Assembly (NCBI GenBank): GCA_030536565.1
Contig: JAUNPT010000003.1
Coordinates: 1 to 34,055 of the forward strand
Source: Eubacteriales bacterium
Lineage (GTDB): Bacteria; Bacillota; Clostridia; Lachnospirales; Lachnospiraceae
Reading direction: 5' to 3'
Length of the DNA stretch: 34,055 nucleotides
Part shown: one piece after another, positions 18,821-29,223 of the stretch
How the letters are laid out: every line of letters begins with the position of its first letter
Position numbering within the stretch: the stretch's first letter is position 1
The notes under the pieces: generated by a model
What the model was told of the DNA's origin: nothing
What the model saw: the letters and a program-made list of their open reading frames with translations, nothing else
The model's database searches: none
Position numbers and translations under genes: made by a program

Positions 18821-21412
18821 TCAATCCTTAAAATCTGCCTCTGAAAGGAATATAACGTCTCCATTCTCACCATGCTTTTTCTTTAATCCGCCGAAAAATC
18901 TCTTGGACGCCCTTTTTTCTGAACGGACAATTGCCTGATTAATAATATCCTTGATATCATCTAATCTGATATTATCACTGCTGTTATGCAGCTGGTCAAT
19001 CTTAAGATACAACTGTAACAACGCATCGTCATCAACCTCATACTGTCTCTTTCTTGCGAACTTTCTAGCCATTTCCACAAGCTCATTAACAGTATACTGC
19101 TTAAGGACAATTCTATGATTGAAGGTATCTGTTAACTGTGGATTAAAATTAAGCAGTACATTCATCTCCGCATCCGAATCCTCAAAGATTATAATCATTC
19201 TGTCTGTATCCTGTGAAAGGCAGCTCATGATTTCTGTAATACGCTTTGGCTGAATTGCTCCGGCGCCCTCAACAATAAGGACAGTCCCCTTAAGCTTACC
19301 CATAGCTTTCATAATGCCGCGATGATTAATACTGTCACCTGTTGTCTTGGCAATCTTCTTAGGCCTGTCTGGATAAATATGATTTAAGGCCCTTACAATT
19401 GTCCTTGCAAGATCAACCTTGTCTGAGCTTGAATTGCCTGAAATAAGAATATTTCCCTTAACAGAATTATTCATTTTCATCTCATCTTCAATAGAGTTAA
19501 AATAATCAACCAGCTGGTTTTCAAGCCCCGGCATCTCGCGGTACTTCCTAAAGAGCTTTGCAAGCTCCCCGGATAATTTTTTATCATCATCAACCTGAGT
19601 ATCAAGCTCATCAACCTTATTCATAGGTGCATGCTCTGTCTCGTCTTTTTTGAATCTTCGTGAACTTGCATTTATATCCACGTCATCTAATTCCCTAGGC
19701 ATTTCCAGCAATTCTTCTTTATTTTCCTCATCAACAATGCCCTGTGCTGACGACAGCAGTGCTTCAGAAATCTTAGGCAGCTCGGCTGTTTCCAATGTTA
19801 CATTAGTGCCAGCTTCACCATCTTGTGTGTTCCCGCTGACAGCTTCATTAACCTCAAGCCCGTCAGCCGCTGCCATTTTCTCCGTCTTAGAGACCGCAAT
19901 ATTAAGGGCCGCTGCCTGCTCCAGTCTTACAGTAGCTTTACCTGTCCGGATTGCAAGGTCTGTCTTGGCCGCATTAATCATCATCTGGGCTTTGGCCTTC
20001 TGCCTTGCTGCCTGCTCATCAAATTCTTCGCCCCTTGCATCTGCCTTAAGCTTCTGCTCCGCCATAAGCTTTTCGTATGCAGCACTCTTCTCGTCCTTCT
20101 CATCAAGCATTCTGTCTAACTCTGCCTTGGAAAATTCTCTTGTATTCTGCTTGCCATAGCGTTCCTCCTGAACTGATTCAAACCAGTCTGCAAGACTTAT
20201 CTGCCCTTCTATCTGGTCATCTTCAGGTAACTCCTCCTGTGTAAGCGTTTCTTCTCCTGTTGCATGATATGGCTTAAGAGAAGCCTCCTCCTCAGCAAAT
20301 AAATCGCTCATATTCTTAGCAAGCTGCTCCTGAATATTCTGCGTATTATATAAATTATTATAATCTGGAACTGCAACCTCTATATCCATAGCCTGTGCCT
20401 TAGCATCAATCTGCTTCTGTGCCTCAAGCCTGTTTTCCTGTTCAGCCTCCTGATTAATCTGGTCATAACTGTCTGCAAGCTTTCTCTTAGCATTCTCAAT
20501 TAATTCCCTTAAGGACATCGACGCCTTATCAATGCCGCTGTTAGCTGTCTGCTCAACTGGTTCAAAGGCTTCAATCTCTCCATCTTCCTCTGTGCTGTCC
20601 AGAGCATTTTTAAAAATTGTCTTTACGTTTTCATTCTGCTGATTCTGAACTAAATCAATAGATATTCCCTGCTGCTCATCATCTTCTGATGCCTCGTCTT
20701 CACGGAACGCCTCCTCAACATCATCCTGTCTGATTCGCGCCAGTTCCTTCTGCTCCTCAAATGCCAGCTCTTTTGTATTCTCAATATCCTGCTTCCTGCT
20801 CGTAATATTGTCAAATATCCTTCTTTGTGTATTAGTAAGATTAACATTCAGGTCTTTCTTAAGCTTTACAGCCCTCTCGACATAAACACCATCCTGAAAC
20901 CACAGTACAATATCATCGCAGATTTTTACACATTCGTCCTTACGGTTCGTCTTGTAATACAATTCTGCAAGCTCATACATGTATTTTTCATCAATCTCAT
21001 GTTCCTTATAATCTTCCAGAATTTCAATCAGTTCATTATTAGAAGCTTTTTCAGCCTTCCTTAAATCATAAAACAGGATAAATCTGTTTACATCATGCTG
21101 CGACGCTTTCTCGTACTCATCATAGAGCTGGTCTGCATTATCAAAATCCTGCAGCTTAATAAGAAACTCTGTCAGCTTATAAATCAGCTTTCTTCCGCCC
21201 AGATTACGGTTATATGCAAGGATTGCCATATCTCTGGCTTCTTCAAAATCTCCTGCCGCTTCATGAACATTAATGACTGTAGCCAGCGTTGACCAGTCCT
21301 TTACCTTTATCCAGTTCATATTTCTGGCAATAGCAGACGCTTCATTGTACTGCTTCTTTGCTGCCAGCTTACGAATCTGTTCTACCTTCAGATTAAATTC
21401 ATATTTATCCAC
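18821..21412 (-). CDS. TPR-like N-terminus + acidic linker + degenerate SpoVK/CbbX-like AAA domain protein
   Basis: Helical TPR-like repeats in the first ~190 aa; C-term NILISGNSSSDKV (broken Walker A), VLIVEGAG (broken Walker B), NPQLTDTFNHRIVLKQYTVNELVEM (CbbX-like lid); GTG start 21412 behind AAAGGTGG. Confidence 0.7.
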   Translation of the reverse strand: MDKYEFNLKVEQIRKLAAKKQYNEASAIARNMNWIKVKDWSTLATVINVHEAAGDFEEARDMAILAYNRNLGGRKLIYKLTEFLIKLQDFDNADQLYDEYEKASQHDVNRFILFYDLRKAEKASNNELIEILEDYKEHEIDEKYMYELAELYYKTNRKDECVKICDDIVLWFQDGVYVERAVKLKKDLNVNLTNTQRRIFDNITSRKQDIENTKELAFEEQKELARIRQDDVEEAFREDEASEDDEQQGISIDLVQNQQNENVKTIFKNALDSTEEDGEIEAFEPVEQTANSGIDKASMSLRELIENAKRKLADSYDQINQEAEQENRLEAQKQIDAKAQAMDIEVAVPDYNNLYNTQNIQEQLAKNMSDLFAEEEASLKPYHATGEETLTQEELPEDDQIEGQISLADWFESVQEERYGKQNTREFSKAELDRMLDEKDEKSAAYEKLMAEQKLKADARGEEFDEQAARQKAKAQMMINAAKTDLAIRTGKATVRLEQAAALNIAVSKTEKMAAADGLEVNEAVSGNTQDGEAGTNVTLETAELPKISEALLSSAQGIVDEENKEELLEMPRELDDVDINASSRRFKKDETEHAPMNKVDELDTQVDDDKKLSGELAKLFRKYREMPGLENQLVDYFNSIEDEMKMNNSVKGNILISGNSSSDKVDLARTIVRALNHIYPDRPKKIAKTTGDSINHRGIMKAMGKLKGTVLIVEGAGAIQPKRITEIMSCLSQDTDRMIIIFEDSDAEMNVLLNFNPQLTDTFNHRIVLKQYTVNELVEMARKFARKRQYEVDDDALLQLYLKIDQLHNSSDNIRLDDIKDIINQAIVRSEKRASKRFFGGLKKKHGENGDVIFLSEADFKD

Positions 21413-21529
21413 TTTCAGATGCCACCTTTTCAATAAATTTATATAAACTCAGTTAAATCTTTCGTATTAAAAATGTAATTATATACGCCATAAGTTTATC
21501 ACAGCCAGTCTGGGTTGTAAACCTTTGCA

Positions 21530-24500
21530 CTACAGGAAATCAAAGGAGGCCTGCTGGTAATCCATTCTTGTGTATTCCAGCTGCGTCTCATTAGTCTGAC
21601 TGTAATAATCTACAACTACTGTCTGCTGCCTTTTATCAACAAGCTTCTGCCCCAGAATATAATTCACCGGAAATCTTCCAGTAATTGCTGGTGTTGCACC
21701 TCTGGCAGGTACAATCAGCTGTACATGATTTGTGGCTAACATCTTAAAAATTGGCTCCCATATGTATATATCCTTCGCCGCGCCAAATGGATTATCAATG
21801 AAAATCGTCTTGCCAACAAGGGTTGTTTCCTTTGATGCCGCATTCATATTAGAAATATAATTAATTATTGCTATAAGGAACTGAATATAGATACCCTGCG
21901 ACTGTCCCGTTGACCCCACAGCCTCCTCATACCTTAGATATCTGCTTTGCTCTTTTATGCGTTCTCTCTTATACAGATTAATGCGTACAAAATTCATATC
22001 TGTAACAATAACTGAAAACAGTCTTTTCCAGGTAAGCCTGCTGCGAATATATTTAAGCCTTTCCTCCGGAGTTTTAAAGCTCTCTGCCACAACAATAGTC
22101 TCATCAATATACGCAGACATTCTCTCCTTATACATATCCTCTTTCACGTAAGGAATCATAAGGCTTATAATAGAAATCTGTTTTCCATCAAGAGTTATAT
22201 TAGACAGCTTTGGAAGTCTGTCAAGCTCCGTCTTAATATTACAGCAGGTCTGGATACAACGGTTTTCAAAATTATCCTTTATCCGCTCCATATCATCTAT
22301 TCCCTTAGTGACACGTTCCTTTTCCAGCTGTATAAATGTATTGGTTTCATTAAGATTGTCTGCAAGCTGCCCTGTCTGTGTAATATTTTCCGGCAGCCTT
22401 ACCGAAATCCTGACCTCCGAAGCAAGCTCCTGCCCATTAAAGCTCTCAAGTGCAGCAATAAGCTTCTGCTTATGCTTTCCAAACTCATCAGCCTTCTTAA
22501 GCTCCAGCTTCTGAATTGCCGCATACTCCTTCTGGATTTCCGCATATTTATTAATCTCCACATCAATATCCTTAATTTCCTGCGGATTTATGTTAACAGG
22601 AAGCTTCATTCCGGCATTTTCCACTATGCGCTCCAAGTCCAGCATGATAACCTGCGTATTCTTATTCTCTGCTGCCAGCTTCTTTATTGCCGCCTCCTGA
22701 TTTTTAAGGCTGTCTTCCAGCTTCTTTACAAGCTCCTTATGCTGTTTTACAAAGCTTTCCGGATTATCACATGGAAACGGTTCATAACTTCCATACCTTT
22801 GCTCCAGCTGATTAATTCCATGAGCAATACTCCCCTCAAGCCTGTTCAGCAGTGCATTCTGAGCCTCCAGTTCACCATCTGTTTCGTTTAACTGGCTCCT
22901 AAGCCTTTTAATCTGCCCCTTGAGCTTCATGCACTGTGCGCCATCAAACTGCGGCACTTCACCATTTTTAACCTTCTGCCTGACCTCGTCAAATACAGTA
23001 CCCCTGTATTCCATTGACTGCACACATTTATGCATTGACAGCCGGTAATGGTTCATAAGCTTTTCCTTATCACCAAAATCCGAATTTTCTTGTGTAAGCA
23101 CAGCCTTTAATCCCAAAAACCTGCTTTCAATCTCCTCCATTGACAGAGCCAGTGCTTCGCCAGATGCGCTGGTTTTTTCATCATAATACTCTGCAAACGT
23201 AAGCTGCCATGTATGCTTAAGCTTCTCAAGCTCATTTCTTTTTGCAGTTATTCCTGCTGCCGCCTGACTGCAATCCTTTTCCAGCTTTGCAGCCCTCTTT
23301 GCTGCCAGTTCAAGCTTTTCTCTGTTTTGCCTTACTGTATCCTCAAGCTGTGAGAGCTTTTCATATTCCTCTGTAATCTGAGCATACATATCAGCTATTT
23401 TCTGAAGGGCTGCAAACTCTCCAGTAAGCTCCTCTACACTCCTGCTGCTGCTTTCCACCTGCTGCTTTACGCGTTCGAGCCGGTTATTGGCTGCTTCATG
23501 TATATTCTTTAGCTTTTCAAGCTCTCTTTTCTGTCCGGCAATTTTATCTGTCAATTCCTTAATAGACTGCTCCAACGTATCATCAGCTGAATTTGCACTC
23601 TGTACAAGAACAAATGTATAATCCTCCCACACCATCTGCTGACGGTCTGCGTTTTTATTAATGCCTGCCTCAAGATTTTTTACTTCCTCCATTGCAGCCC
23701 TTATTTCTGCCTCACATCGTGCATCATCTCTTAAAAATGACATATCCTTCATTGCAAAAACAATCAAATCCTTATTGATTTCAAGCTTAGTATCAATAAG
23801 CACCTGCTCACTGATTACCGGATAAACGCATGCACCTCTTTCAAAATTAGACAGAACCGCATCATTTTTAATTCTCTCAAAATCCCCCTTTATTACAAAG
23901 CTGTATTCAACAAACGGAGTCCTTTTAATAACATCTCTTTTCTGCCCCGGTGTAAGCATCTTAAACCAGTCATGTCCTTCAACAACATCTTCCCCGTACT
24001 GTGACTCAAGATATTGTTTAAGCTTGTCCCTTCTGGTGTCCTTACAGGAATATGTCCCCTCTCCGGCATTATTTATAAACGTCTTAAGCTCCTTTATCCT
24101 GTCAGTCAGTTCTCCTGACTGTGCCTCCATTCTTCTGTAAGTATCAAGCGTTATGTGAATAAGCTGTTCCAATGTTTCAGCACCATATATACTGAACAGC
24201 TTCTCCAGCTTAGTTTTAGACATATCAGACCGGGTCTTTGTTCCACTCAAAAGCTCCAGCTCTTTTTCATACATCTGCAAAGCTGCCTCTGCTTCCATAA
24301 GCCTGCTGCTGCATTTATCAAAATCATTTCTGGCTGCTTCCAGTTCCGCCTCTGCCTTCTGACTGCCAGCTCTTTGCATATCAAGACTGCGTCCTGCCTT
24401 ATCAGCTTCCGCCTGTGCGTTTTCAGCAACAAGCATTCCCCTTTCAGACAGCTTGTCCGCCATATCAGCTTCATACTGCTTTATCAGCTTCTGTGTATAT

Positions 24501-25951
24501 TCTTTAAGACCCAGCCCCCTCTCAACTGCCAAATCTGCCTCCCTGTACAGCTGCTTTTCCTTTTCCAGTTCCGCCTCTGTACTGGCATAGTCTGATTCCA
24601 TTGACTTAAGGCTCTCTTTATTACTTTCCAGAGCAGCCTGATAACTTTTATAAAATGCTGCTGCCAGCTCATTCAGTTCGTTTACTATATCCGAATGTTC
24701 ACGCAGCCTGTTCTTCATAGTTTCTTCTAATTCCTTTAAGGCTTTTTCATACTGCCTGTAATCAGCATAATCAGCTGCGGACTCAGTAATTCTGAGTTCT
24801 TCCTCAAGAAGTTTTAATTCCTTGTGCCGGCTGTCATAACCTGCTTTAGTCTCACCAATAAGCTCCTTCATACCCTCAAGCGAATTTTGCTGGCTCATAA
24901 TATCTGCAGCAGCAATATGACAGTTCTCCTCTGCCATTTCACTTTTCATTTTTTCTAGCAGAAGCTCCCCCTGTGAAAGCCTTTCCTCCTGCTGTGCTGC
25001 TATACACTTGACCGCCAAAAGCATGTTAAAAAGCATTTTTGCAGTCTTATCCTTTCTTGCATAAAGGTCTTCAAATGACTTGACGTACTCAGCGAACTGG
25101 GCTAATGCCGACATCTGGCTGTCATAATCACTCATCTGTGCATGCTTTTTAGACAGCTCCACCAGCTTATCCTTAATATCCATAAGCGTCTGCGCCATTC
25201 TGCCTTCATCATTATCTACTGCGAGCCTGTTATTAAAAGATTTCTGAATTATCTCCTCAATAAGCAGATCCTCAACAACCTTTCTGCTGGTGCGGTAATT
25301 AGTTTCAAAATAAGTACGCACATGCCCCTCTGTCTTGTTAATCCCCCTGACAATCTCCCATGCACTTTCAAATATTCCATACTGGCTGATAAAGCTCTGA
25401 TAGTCTCCCTTTCTGTCAAAAATACAGACAGAAACATTAAAATCATTCTTTTCTAGCTCCCTTAAATATGTCTTTAATCCGTTATATGTAATTCTTTCCC
25501 CATCACTTGCCAGTGGAAGATTTTTAATGTCATTGTCACCAAATTCCCTATAAAAAATGCAGTAATTAAAATATTCCACACTGGCTGACGACAGATTATC
25601 ATGCTGCCCCTCATCATCAGTGCTTCTTCCCTTCCTTGCACAAAACCCGGTTGTCATATACTTATAATTATCCTTCTGATAGCAGGAATCAAGCTTCCAC
25701 TCTACCAATGAATGAATTACAGTATTGCCTCCTCCTGCTCTGAAAAGTTTCTCGATTGGCTGCTTATCATCTAATGTGCAGTTAGGAAGCATGTTCTGAA
25801 GTAAAAGGAGCATCAAAAGGCTTTTTCCACCGCCGTTAGCCAAATCGTATATGGCGTTTTTACCATTAAATCTCATAATGAAATCATCATAAAACTGCGT
25901 TCCAAAATTGTACTTTACATTATTTACACGAACCCTGTTTATCTGTGGCAT
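21530..25951 (-). CDS. SMC-like ATPase, Wadjet JetC / MksB / MukB-like
   Basis: 1473 aa; N-terminal Walker A LANGGGKS, two long coiled-coil arms around a central non-coiled hinge, C-terminal signature STGQ and Walker B/D-loop IFIDNPFG. Confidence 0.85.
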   Translation of the reverse strand: MPQINRVRVNNVKYNFGTQFYDDFIMRFNGKNAIYDLANGGGKSLLMLLLLQNMLPNCTLDDKQPIEKLFRAGGGNTVIHSLVEWKLDSCYQKDNYKYMTTGFCARKGRSTDDEGQHDNLSSASVEYFNYCIFYREFGDNDIKNLPLASDGERITYNGLKTYLRELEKNDFNVSVCIFDRKGDYQSFISQYGIFESAWEIVRGINKTEGHVRTYFETNYRTSRKVVEDLLIEEIIQKSFNNRLAVDNDEGRMAQTLMDIKDKLVELSKKHAQMSDYDSQMSALAQFAEYVKSFEDLYARKDKTAKMLFNMLLAVKCIAAQQEERLSQGELLLEKMKSEMAEENCHIAAADIMSQQNSLEGMKELIGETKAGYDSRHKELKLLEEELRITESAADYADYRQYEKALKELEETMKNRLREHSDIVNELNELAAAFYKSYQAALESNKESLKSMESDYASTEAELEKEKQLYREADLAVERGLGLKEYTQKLIKQYEADMADKLSERGMLVAENAQAEADKAGRSLDMQRAGSQKAEAELEAARNDFDKCSSRLMEAEAALQMYEKELELLSGTKTRSDMSKTKLEKLFSIYGAETLEQLIHITLDTYRRMEAQSGELTDRIKELKTFINNAGEGTYSCKDTRRDKLKQYLESQYGEDVVEGHDWFKMLTPGQKRDVIKRTPFVEYSFVIKGDFERIKNDAVLSNFERGACVYPVISEQVLIDTKLEINKDLIVFAMKDMSFLRDDARCEAEIRAAMEEVKNLEAGINKNADRQQMVWEDYTFVLVQSANSADDTLEQSIKELTDKIAGQKRELEKLKNIHEAANNRLERVKQQVESSSRSVEELTGEFAALQKIADMYAQITEEYEKLSQLEDTVRQNREKLELAAKRAAKLEKDCSQAAAGITAKRNELEKLKHTWQLTFAEYYDEKTSASGEALALSMEEIESRFLGLKAVLTQENSDFGDKEKLMNHYRLSMHKCVQSMEYRGTVFDEVRQKVKNGEVPQFDGAQCMKLKGQIKRLRSQLNETDGELEAQNALLNRLEGSIAHGINQLEQRYGSYEPFPCDNPESFVKQHKELVKKLEDSLKNQEAAIKKLAAENKNTQVIMLDLERIVENAGMKLPVNINPQEIKDIDVEINKYAEIQKEYAAIQKLELKKADEFGKHKQKLIAALESFNGQELASEVRISVRLPENITQTGQLADNLNETNTFIQLEKERVTKGIDDMERIKDNFENRCIQTCCNIKTELDRLPKLSNITLDGKQISIISLMIPYVKEDMYKERMSAYIDETIVVAESFKTPEERLKYIRSRLTWKRLFSVIVTDMNFVRINLYKRERIKEQSRYLRYEEAVGSTGQSQGIYIQFLIAIINYISNMNAASKETTLVGKTIFIDNPFGAAKDIYIWEPIFKMLATNHVQLIVPARGATPAITGRFPVNYILGQKLVDKRQQTVVVDYYSQTNETQLEYTRMDYQQASFDFL

Positions 25952-26679
25952 GTTCCCTCCTGCTCTTTATCAGCATCAGCTTCTTCACCAAGAAGCTGTG
26001 CAAAACGTCCCTTATAATCATCAAAATAATTCTCAATCAAAGCTCTGAAGCGGTCTGTTGGATAAAACCTGTCACTTACGTCCACGAGCAGCTCCTGTGA
26101 TACCAAAAAATTGAATACCATTTTAACAAAGCCTGATTTGGAATTTCTTGCAGCTCTAAGCCCTGACTGTTCTTCCGCTGTTGTAACCGGAAGCTCGTCC
26201 CAGCTTAAAGCAATCTGCTTAAAACTGTTCTCACAAACTTCATCAATAACAAGCCCCTGCTTGTCACTTATAACAATCCTGCTTGTCTTATCAACATTTG
26301 CAATAACGTCCTCTACCCTTATAAATTCAGCAAATGTAGAGCTTACTGTATCACTGTAAAATTCTGTAATTGTATTGTATATAACAAAATATGCCAGATA
26401 CAAATCCTTATTGACCTTAAGCCCCATAGCTTTTCTTAATTCTTCATTTGTGTACCCGAAAACCTGATTATTCTCACCGGGACTGATGTAGAGTCCATTA
26501 TTATACTCATATAAATTAAGGTTCATCTTTTTTAATGACATATGAACAATATCATATACCTCGGCATTTGTGTTATATTCCTGATAAAGTGCTCCATTAT
26601 TCCCCTTTTCAGAAACATTTTCTCCCATAATAAGACGTGACACAATATCTAATGCCCTGTCCAGATTTCTATTTTCCAC
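25939..26679 (-). CDS. JetB/MksE-like KITE subunit (DUF6063-like)
   Basis: About 246 aa just upstream of and overlapping the SMC gene; resembles DUF6063 (N.vFGytNeeL, C-terminal winged-helix-like FL..q.L....YPTdRF); GTG start 26679 behind GGAGGT. Confidence 0.65.
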   Translation of the reverse strand: MENRNLDRALDIVSRLIMGENVSEKGNNGALYQEYNTNAEVYDIVHMSLKKMNLNLYEYNNGLYISPGENNQVFGYTNEELRKAMGLKVNKDLYLAYFVIYNTITEFYSDTVSSTFAEFIRVEDVIANVDKTSRIVISDKQGLVIDEVCENSFKQIALSWDELPVTTAEEQSGLRAARNSKSGFVKMVFNFLVSQELLVDVSDRFYPTDRFRALIENYFDDYKGRFAQLLGEEADADKEQEGTCHR

Positions 26680-26704
26680 GCTTATCTCTACCTCCCAAAA
26701 ATGT

Positions 26705-28231
26705 TCATATACCACTGTTTATCTGTGGTTTAACAATTTCAAAAATCAGGTTTGTAATCTCTGTATCCTCACATATGTGAAGCAATTCCTCCTGCCTGTC
26801 TATCTCAAAGGAAACTTCATCTTTGCCTTCATAATGCTCTTTTAGGATTTCATCTATAAAGTCCTGGCTTTCCATCTTTAAGCCGCCTATTACATAATTA
26901 TTCTTATGGCACAGATTCACAAAAAAACCATAGTAATCACCATTTTTTAATATACCATCACCATATGCCTTAGCCATTGCTTCATTAAATTCCTTTAATG
27001 ATATTCTTTTCCTCTTATTAAGACATGCAACAAGGTTATCCATAATAAAGATATAGTTATCCCTGATTCTTAAATTAGCCAGCTCGTCCTCAAAAATAAT
27101 ATCCTCGGGCGTATCAAGGCTGACACGCTCGGCCTTTTCATATTTTGCAGGTTTAACAAGCAAAGCATTATCAATGGAGTTAACCGGAAACCGTTTCTTA
27201 ATATTAGGCTTAAACAGTGGTCTTAAAAATTGCTCAAGAAGCTGTGCCCTGTCTGTTTTAATCATATCGTTTAAAGCTGTGGAAAAATCCATATGGCTTC
27301 TCAAACGTCCCAGTTTTGCCCTCCTTACAGCATCATCTGTCAGCTTCTGCATATCCGTACAGGCACGCAGCAGATCTCCATGCTTATTCATAGCAACCTT
27401 TAACTGGTTTTCCAGGTTATATATATCACTTATAGAATTATAATAGCCTTCACCTGCACCTCCTGTGCTTTCCATTTTCTTTAGTGCAGCTTCGATAAGC
27501 TCCTTATTTTTCTTAAAGAGCTTTTCTTCATCTGCAAACCAGCGCATTCCAGTGTCCACAAATTCCTCATAGGCTTCAATTCCGGCAAACACGTCACAAG
27601 ACAGTGTGGACAGCACCTCATTTTTCTTTAACTGGAGTCTGTTTACTTCCTCATTTATACGCTCAATAACCTCTGTCCCGCCCTTAAAATTCTGTGTCTT
27701 AATCATTTTTTCAAGCAGCAGCTGCTGTACACTTATTTTACTTTCGTCCTTAATCTCCTTCGTATCCAGATAAAACTCTACAGCCTCCGGACTTATTGAA
27801 TACCACACTGTGGAATCTGTAATCTGGCTTTCAATTATCTTCTGTCTGGATACTCTCTTTTTCTTATCAACCGGGTCAAAATATGTAAATTCAAAGGGCT
27901 TCCCATCATTTTTCACCTTATCGAATATATAATCTGCAAGCCCCTTATACTCCTCATTTGTAAGCTCCAGACCGAAATCACCTTTTACCACTTTTGTAAT
28001 AAATTCCAGATACTCAGGATAAGTAACATCTTTTTCCTTAAAATTATTTTCCTCAATAAAGAAACGAAGAATTGCCATGAGAATATAACCCATATCCAGA
28101 ATCTCATATTTTCCCTCCTTGTACTGGGAAAATGAAATGTCTATGAGCTTAAAAAATGGATAGTATTTCTTCAGATTAAGCATCCTCTCCCTATGGTCTG
28201 AGATTATCTCATTATGCATATTTAACGCCAT
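26705..28231 (-). CDS. JetA/MksF-like kleisin subunit
   Basis: 508 aa, first gene of the trio; helical and coiled-coil rich; FYLDTKEI...ISVQQLLLEKMIK.QNF segment recalls type III JetA; assigned largely by position and size. Confidence 0.6.
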   Translation of the reverse strand: MALNMHNEIISDHRERMLNLKKYYPFFKLIDISFSQYKEGKYEILDMGYILMAILRFFIEENNFKEKDVTYPEYLEFITKVVKGDFGLELTNEEYKGLADYIFDKVKNDGKPFEFTYFDPVDKKKRVSRQKIIESQITDSTVWYSISPEAVEFYLDTKEIKDESKISVQQLLLEKMIKTQNFKGGTEVIERINEEVNRLQLKKNEVLSTLSCDVFAGIEAYEEFVDTGMRWFADEEKLFKKNKELIEAALKKMESTGGAGEGYYNSISDIYNLENQLKVAMNKHGDLLRACTDMQKLTDDAVRRAKLGRLRSHMDFSTALNDMIKTDRAQLLEQFLRPLFKPNIKKRFPVNSIDNALLVKPAKYEKAERVSLDTPEDIIFEDELANLRIRDNYIFIMDNLVACLNKRKRISLKEFNEAMAKAYGDGILKNGDYYGFFVNLCHKNNYVIGGLKMESQDFIDEILKEHYEGKDEVSFEIDRQEELLHICEDTEITNLIFEIVKPQINSGI

Positions 28232-28276
28232 TGCAATCCACTCTACTTTCTACATTCCTTTTTATACAGTCTTTTA

Positions 28277-28873
28277 TTAAAGCTGCGTCCTTCCATCAAG
28301 CGCACGAAGAAGCGTTACCTCGTCAATATACTCTAAATCTCCGCCTACCGGTACTCCACTGGCAATCCTGGTCACCTTAATTCCTGTTGGCTTTACAAGC
28401 CTGCCAATATACATAGCTGTCGTTTCACCCTCCAGACTTGAATTTGTGGCGATTATAACCTCTCCCACATCACCCTCAAGCCTTTTCATAAGCTCTTTAA
28501 GCTTTATATCCCCCGGGCCGATTCCAAGCATTGGGCTGATTGCGCCATGCAGCACATGATAAACACCCTCATACTTGCCAGTCTTTTCATATGCCGCCAT
28601 ATCCCTGGTATGTTCAACTACCATAATAGTCCTGTGATCGCGGTTAACATTAGCACATATAGGGCACAGCTCCTTATCTGTCAGGGTAAAGCACTCTTTA
28701 CAATAATGTATGTTTGCTTTAGCTTCGGTAATTGCTGACGACAGACCTTCCACTTCTTCCTTTGGCATGTTTATAATGTGAAATGCCAGGCGCTGGGCGC
28801 TCTTTGCCCCAACCCCTGGTAATCTCGACAGCTGTTCTATTAATTTATTAATATGTTCACTGTATATGTCCAT
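28277..28873 (-). CDS. recR: Recombination mediator RecR
   Basis: [13 protein letters not shown] HhH, C4 Zn finger, [33 protein letters not shown]. Confidence 0.97.
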   Translation of the reverse strand: MDIYSEHINKLIEQLSRLPGVGAKSAQRLAFHIINMPKEEVEGLSSAITEAKANIHYCKECFTLTDKELCPICANVNRDHRTIMVVEHTRDMAAYEKTGKYEGVYHVLHGAISPMLGIGPGDIKLKELMKRLEGDVGEVIIATNSSLEGETTAMYIGRLVKPTGIKVTRIASGVPVGGDLEYIDEVTLLRALDGRTQL

Positions 28874-29223
28874 TAAAACAGGCCTCCGCCTAATCCGCCC
28901 AGACCTCCTGTAATCTTAGACATCTGTGCCTGAGACTCCTCCTCACACTTACGAAGGGCTTCATTAGCTGCTGCTACAATTAAATCTTCCAACATCTCAA
29001 CATCATCTGGATCTACTGCCTCCGGGTCAATCTTAACCTTAGTTATCTCTCTTTTACCAGTCACAGTAACCTCTACAACTCCACCACCTGCTGCAGCTGT
29101 AAATTCTTTTGATTCAAGGGCTGCCTGCTGCTCCTCCATCTGTCTTTGCATTCTCTGGGCCTGCTTCATTAAATTATTCATATTACCAGGCATACCGCCT
29201 GGAAAACCACCTCTTTTAGCCAT
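28873..29223 (-). CDS. ybaB: YbaB/EbfC nucleoid-associated protein
   Basis: [38 protein letters not shown]; TAATG coupling to both neighbours. Confidence 0.96.
   Translation of the reverse strand: MAKRGGFPGGMPGNMNNLMKQAQRMQRQMEEQQAALESKEFTAAAGGGVVEVTVTGKREITKVKIDPEAVDPDDVEMLEDLIVAAANEALRKCEEESQAQMSKITGGLGGLGGGLF

Noticed and set aside
28277-28873. RecR TOPRIM domain as a stand-in for the missing JetD TOPRIM nuclease
   Set aside because: It is an ordinary RecR in its canonical dnaX-ybaB-recR context, and RecR is not a known nuclease; nothing in the sequence supports a new role.
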